From Actinomycetales bacterium (lineage in GTDB: Bacteria > Actinomycetota > Actinomycetes > Actinomycetales > CAVURS01): DNA of 43,579 nucleotides. The notes under the pieces are model-generated. The model was given only the letters and a program-made list of their open reading frames with translations. It was not told the DNA's origin and ran no database searches. Position numbers and translations under genes: made by a program. This document shows, in pieces, positions 38,880 through 43,579 of this stretch; position 1 is the first letter of the stretch; every line of letters begins with the position of its first letter. Location of the stretch: NCBI GenBank assembly GCA_045807245.1, contig JBJMHS010000060.1, forward strand, positions 1 to 43,579. The letters run 5' to 3'.

Positions 38880-39775
38880 TGCACGACCCGATGAACTGGC
38901 TGCTCTACGGCATCGTCGCGATCGACGCCGCCCTGCTGGCCGCCGTCGTGGTGTGGCAGGTCAGCCAGGGTCGCAAGCCCCTGGACTGGATCCGCCGCCA
39001 CATCATCTCGATCATCGCGGTGCTGGTGTTCGAGTACATGCTGCTGCCGAACCTGGTCGTGATCCTGTTCTCGTTCAACCGGCCGAACGGCCGCTACAAC
39101 CTGTCCTGGACGCGGTTCTCGCTGGATGCGTGGCTGCACCCCTGTGCGGCGCCGGGCATGTGCACGTCACTCAAGCTCAGCCTCAAGATCGGCCTGCTGG
39201 CGACCATCGGCGCGACCGTGCTGGGCACGCTCGTGGCGTTCGCGCTGGCCCGGCACCGGTTCCGTGGGCGTTCGTCGACCAACCTGCTGATCTTCATGCC
39301 CATGGCCACCCCAGAGGTCGTCATGGGCTCGAGCCTGCTGACGCTCTTCGTCAACCTGGGCTTCCCGCTCGGTCAGTGGACGATCCTGCTCGCGCACATC
39401 ATGTTCTGCCTGTCCTTCGTCGTCGTGACGGTCAAGGCCCGCATCGCCAGCCTCGACCCACGACTGGAACAGGCAGCGATGGACCTGTACGCCAACGAGA
39501 GACAGACGTTCACGAAAGTCACGCTGCCGCTCGTGGCGCCGGGCATCGCGGCGGCGGCCCTGCTGGCGTTCTCCCTGTCGTTCGACGACTACATCGTGAC
39601 GAACTTCAACGCGAGCTCGTCGTCGATCACGTTCCCGATGTTCATCTGGGGCGCGTCGACCCGTGGGACGCCGGTGCAGATCAACGTGATCGGCACCCTG
39701 ATGTTCGTCCTCGCCGTCGCGGCGGTGGCTGCCGGGCAGCTGCTCGGCCGGCGCCGGCGCGGGGTGGCTGTGTGA
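38879..39775 (+). CDS. Polyamine ABC transporter permease (PotC-like)
   Basis: FSFN, PEVVMG, EQAAMDL, SFDDY. Confidence 0.9.
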   Translation: MHDPMNWLLYGIVAIDAALLAAVVVWQVSQGRKPLDWIRRHIISIIAVLVFEYMLLPNLVVILFSFNRPNGRYNLSWTRFSLDAWLHPCAAPGMCTSLKLSLKIGLLATIGATVLGTLVAFALARHRFRGRSSTNLLIFMPMATPEVVMGSSLLTLFVNLGFPLGQWTILLAHIMFCLSFVVVTVKARIASLDPRLEQAAMDLYANERQTFTKVTLPLVAPGIAAAALLAFSLSFDDYIVTNFNASSSSITFPMFIWGASTRGTPVQINVIGTLMFVLAVAAVAAGQLLGRRRRGVAV

Positions 39776-41163
39776 CCGCAGCCGCTCTGGCAGGTGCGTC
39801 GTCGACGCCCCTGTGGCTGGACGCGCCCGACCGGCCGGAGGCCCGGCCCACGCTGGAGGGCGAGGTGCGCTGCGACCTGGCCGTCGTCGGCGGCGGGTTC
39901 ACCGGGCTGTGGACGGCCCTGCTGGCTCTCGAGGAGGACCCCGCGCGGGAGGTCGTCGTCATCGAGGGCGCCCGCCTGGGCTGGGCCGCATCCGGACGCA
40001 ACGGCGGGTTCTGCGCCGCGAGCCTGACCCATGGTCTCCGCAACGGCTTGGCGCGCTGGCCGCGGGAGCTCCCGGCGCTGCTGCGCCTTGGGCACGCCAA
40101 CCTGGACGGCATCGCGGAAACCGTTGCGCGCTATGGCATCGACTGCAACTTCGAGCGGACAGGCGGTTTGGACGTCGCGATCGCCGACTGGCAGGTGGCG
40201 GACCTGCACGAGGTGCACGAGGCGGCGACCGAGCTCGGGGAGTCCAGCGTCCTCCTGGATGCCGCCGCGACCCGGGCTCTGGTCGACTCGCCGACGTACC
40301 GGGCCGGCGTGCTCGACGCGAACGGTACGGCGATGGTCGAGCCGGCCGCGCTGGTCTGGGGACTGGCGCGGGCGGTGGAGAGTCTGGGCGGCCGCATCGT
40401 GGAGGAGTCGCCGGTCACGCGCTGGCGGGACAACGGTGACACCGTCCGGCTGGAGACGGCTCGCGGCAGCGTGCATGCGCGGCAGGTCGTCCTGGCGACC
40501 AACGTCTTCCCGTCACTGGTGAAGCGCAGCCGCACGCTCGTCGTACCGGTGTGGGACCACGTCCTTGCCACCGCGCCGCTCACTGAGGCCCAGCTGGGGT
40601 CGATCGGCTGGGCCGGACGTTGGGGCGTCGGGGATGCCGGCAACCAGTTCCACTACTATCGGTTGTCACGAGACAACCGTCTGGCGTGGGGCGGGTACGA
40701 CGCGCTGTACTACTACGGCTCGGACCTGTCGGGGCGGCGGGCTCGGAACGAGCAGACCGAGGCCGTGCTTTTCGAGCACATGATGCAGACGTTCCCGCAG
40801 CTGGACGGCATCGCGATAACGCACACCTGGGGTGGGGCGATCGACACGTGCACGCGGTTCAGCCCGTTCTGGGGCCGAGCGATGAGCGGGCGCGTCGCGT
40901 ACGTCGCCGGGTTCACCGGTCTGGGCGTCGGCTCGTCTCGGTTCGGCGCCCAGGTGTGCCTCGACCTGCTGGCCGGGCGTGACAACGAGCGCACCCGCTT
41001 GGCCATGGTCCGGCGCAAGCCGCTGCCGTTCCCGCCGGAACCGTTGCGTTGGGCCGCGATCCAGATGACCCGGCACAGCATCGCGCGCGCCGATGCGTCC
41101 GGTGGGCGGCGCGATCTGTGGCTGCGCACCTTGGACCGCCTGGGTCTCGGTTTCGACTCCTGA
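39772..41163 (+). CDS. FAD-dependent oxidoreductase (PuuB/DadA-like)
   Basis: VVGGGFTGLWTA, ASGRNGG, GFTGLGVG, PFPPEPLR. Confidence 0.88.
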   Translation: MTAAALAGASSTPLWLDAPDRPEARPTLEGEVRCDLAVVGGGFTGLWTALLALEEDPAREVVVIEGARLGWAASGRNGGFCAASLTHGLRNGLARWPRELPALLRLGHANLDGIAETVARYGIDCNFERTGGLDVAIADWQVADLHEVHEAATELGESSVLLDAAATRALVDSPTYRAGVLDANGTAMVEPAALVWGLARAVESLGGRIVEESPVTRWRDNGDTVRLETARGSVHARQVVLATNVFPSLVKRSRTLVVPVWDHVLATAPLTEAQLGSIGWAGRWGVGDAGNQFHYYRLSRDNRLAWGGYDALYYYGSDLSGRRARNEQTEAVLFEHMMQTFPQLDGIAITHTWGGAIDTCTRFSPFWGRAMSGRVAYVAGFTGLGVGSSRFGAQVCLDLLAGRDNERTRLAMVRRKPLPFPPEPLRWAAIQMTRHSIARADASGGRRDLWLRTLDRLGLGFDS

Positions 41164-41195
41164 CACGCCTGCACACCGACCCATAGGATCCCGGA

Positions 41196-42206
41196 ATGAC
41201 CAGATATGGGGCGCAGTTCGGCCCGGACATCACGTTCCTCGGAGTGCCGCCCTGCGACCTGGACGACCCCGCGTCGTACGCCGATGCCGAGGTCGTGATC
41301 CTGGGTGCTCCGTTCGACGGCGGCACGTCGGCCCGCCCCGGCGCCCGGTTCGGGCCTCAGGTGCTGCGCCGGACCGACTACCTCGCGCATGACGGCTCGC
41401 GGCCCAGCCTCGCGTTGCGCACGGACGGCCTGGTCGACCTCAAGGTCGTGGACGCGGGCGACGTCGAGATGTACTCGGGTGACATCGAGACCGCGCTGCC
41501 GCTGCTGGAGGCGGCGGTGCAGAAGGTCACCGAGGCCGGCTGCATCCCGGTGATCCTGGGCGGGGACCACTCCGTGACGTTCCCGGACGCGAAGGGCGTG
41601 GCCAACGTGCTGGGGCACGGCCGGGTGTCGATGATCCACTTCGACGCGCACGCCGACACCGGCGACATCGAGTTCGGCTCGCTGTGGGGTCATGGTCAGC
41701 CGATGCGGCGGCTGATCGAGTCCGGCGCGCTGCGCGGTGACCGCTTCCTGCAGGTGGGGCTGCGCGGCTACTGGCCACCGCCCGAGACCCTGGACTGGAT
41801 GGCCCAGCAGCGCATGCGGTCCTACGAGATGACCGAGATCGTCACGCGGGGGCTCGACGAGTGCCTGACCGAGGCGTTCGTCATCGCCACCGACGAGTGC
41901 GACGGGGTGTTCCTGTCGGTCGACATCGACGTCTGCGACCCGGGGCATGCGCCCGGCACAGGCACGCCGGAGCCGGGTGGCCTGTCCGCCCGCCAGCTGC
42001 TCGACGCCGTACGGCGTATCGGCCTCGAGCTGCCCGTCGTCGGTGTCGACGTGGTCGAGGTCAGCCCGCCGTACGACCACGCCGACATCACCGCAGCGCT
42101 CGGCAACCGTGTGATCCTCGAGGCGCTCAGCGCCATCGCTCGCAAGCGCAAGGACGAGCGGGACGGGAGCTCGTGGGACCCGTCCCGCCCGCTGCTCGAC
42201 CGCTAG
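41196..42206 (+). CDS. speB: Agmatinase
   Basis: GGDHS, HFDAHAD, SVDID..DP..APGTGTPEPGG, VEVSP. Confidence 0.9.
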   Translation: MTRYGAQFGPDITFLGVPPCDLDDPASYADAEVVILGAPFDGGTSARPGARFGPQVLRRTDYLAHDGSRPSLALRTDGLVDLKVVDAGDVEMYSGDIETALPLLEAAVQKVTEAGCIPVILGGDHSVTFPDAKGVANVLGHGRVSMIHFDAHADTGDIEFGSLWGHGQPMRRLIESGALRGDRFLQVGLRGYWPPPETLDWMAQQRMRSYEMTEIVTRGLDECLTEAFVIATDECDGVFLSVDIDVCDPGHAPGTGTPEPGGLSARQLLDAVRRIGLELPVVGVDVVEVSPPYDHADITAALGNRVILEALSAIARKRKDERDGSSWDPSRPLLDR

Positions 42207-42236
42207 GCCAAATGAACGGTCGAAGGGATCTCTTGT

Positions 42237-43493
42237 ATGCGCATCCTGCTGGTCGGCTCCGGCGGTGTCGGTGACGCTTTCGCCCGGATCGCCGCCCGCC
42301 GTACCTTCTTCGAGCTGCTCGTCGTGGCCGACTACGACCGGTCGCGGGCCGAGCGGACGGTGGCCGCCGTAGCCGGGGCGCATCCGGGGGAGGCACGGTT
42401 CGTGGCGGATCAGGTCGACGCGTCATCAGCCGACTCCGTGGCCGCGCTGGCGCGAGAGCACGGCGTCACGCACGTGATGAACGCCGTGGACCCGCGGTTC
42501 GTGATGCCCATCTTCGACGGCGCCTTCGCCGCCGGGGCGGACTACCTGGACATGGCGATGAGCCTGTCCCGGCCGCACCCCGAGACGCCGTACGCGGAGA
42601 CCGGCGTGAAGCTCGGCGACGAGCAGTTCGCCCGGGCTGAGGAGTGGTCGGCGGCCGGCCGGCTGGCGCTGTGCGGCATCGGTGTCGAGCCGGGACTTTC
42701 CGACGTGTTCGCGCGGTACGCCGCGGACCACCTGTTCTCCTCGATCGAGGAGCTGGGGACGCGCGACGGCTCGAACCTGGTGGTCACCGGCTACGAGTTC
42801 GCACCGTCGTTCTCCATCTGGACGACGATCGAGGAGTGCCTGAACCCGCCTGTGGTGTGGGAGAAGTCGCGGGGGTGGTTCACGACCGAGCCGTTCAGCG
42901 AGCCGGAGGTCTTCGACTTCCCGGGGGGCATCGGGCCGGTCGAGTGTGTGAACGTCGAGCACGAGGAAGTCCTGTTGATGCCACGCTGGGTCGACGCGCA
43001 ACGCGTCACCTTCAAGTACGGGCTGGGCACCGAGTTCATCGACGTCCTGAAGACGCTTCACAAGCTGGGGTTGGACCGTACGACGCCCGTGCGGGTCCCG
43101 TCGGCCAGTGGCCCGGTGGAGGTCAGCCCGCGCGATGTCGTGGCGGCGTCGCTGCCCGACCCGGCCGGGCTCGGCGACCGGATGAGCGGCAAGACGTGCG
43201 CCGGCCTGTGGGTGACCGGGACTAGCAAGGACGGCCAGCCGCGCTCCACGTACCTGTACCACGTGGTCGACAACGAGTGGGCCATGGCGGAGTACGGCGC
43301 GCAGTGCGTCGTGTGGCAGACGGCCGTGAACCCGGTGGTCGCCTTGGAGCTGCTCGCATCCGGCGCCTGGTCGGGTGCCGGCGTGCTGGGTCCGGAGGCG
43401 TTCGACGCGCAGCCCTTCCTTGATCTGTTGGGCGGCGCGGAGCCGAGGGGGTACGGGTCGCCGTGGGGTCAGAAAGAGCTCCCCGCCGGCTGA
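42237..43493 (+). CDS. Saccharopine dehydrogenase family protein (carboxyspermidine dehydrogenase-like)
   Basis: LVGSGGVG, YLDMAMS, GVEPGLSDVF, HEEV, GVLGPEAFD. Confidence 0.85.
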   Translation: MRILLVGSGGVGDAFARIAARRTFFELLVVADYDRSRAERTVAAVAGAHPGEARFVADQVDASSADSVAALAREHGVTHVMNAVDPRFVMPIFDGAFAAGADYLDMAMSLSRPHPETPYAETGVKLGDEQFARAEEWSAAGRLALCGIGVEPGLSDVFARYAADHLFSSIEELGTRDGSNLVVTGYEFAPSFSIWTTIEECLNPPVVWEKSRGWFTTEPFSEPEVFDFPGGIGPVECVNVEHEEVLLMPRWVDAQRVTFKYGLGTEFIDVLKTLHKLGLDRTTPVRVPSASGPVEVSPRDVVAASLPDPAGLGDRMSGKTCAGLWVTGTSKDGQPRSTYLYHVVDNEWAMAEYGAQCVVWQTAVNPVVALELLASGAWSGAGVLGPEAFDAQPFLDLLGGAEPRGYGSPWGQKELPAG

Positions 43494-43579
43494 GTCCGCG
43501 GCTGAGACGCACACTCCTTGCTCACGAAATCCATTGCCGCGCAGCGCTTTTCGTCCGGTGTCCGTTACGGGGTCGTGAC

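Overview
High-GC actinobacterial chromosome window. The conserved backbone runs comM(yifB)-dprA-xerC-whiG, then rpsB-tsf-pyrH-frr-cdsA-rlmN, then a polyamine uptake and catabolism cluster (30.5-43.5 kb). comM is split exactly at its Walker B motif (LFLD|EAPE) by a ~9.7-kb integrated element (crossover dinucleotide GA at 613-614 and 10314-10315). The element encodes a Bxb1-like large serine integrase (in frame with the comM 5' half), an HTH protein ending in an SSB-like tail, small Zn-finger proteins, a lone HK97-fold major capsid protein, two degenerate HNH-like proteins and a BglII/BstYI-type nuclease paired with an MT-A70 methyltransferase. I recognise no terminase, portal, protease or tail gene. 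It looks like a minimal capsid-only phage satellite. Its most unusual parts are non-coding: a ~460-nt densely base-paired region directly upstream of the capsid gene (candidate large structured RNA), a 3-unit array of motifA-36/37 nt variable-motifB cassettes, and a hairpin-rich candidate origin. All calls come from reading the sequence by eye; no searches or folding programs were run.
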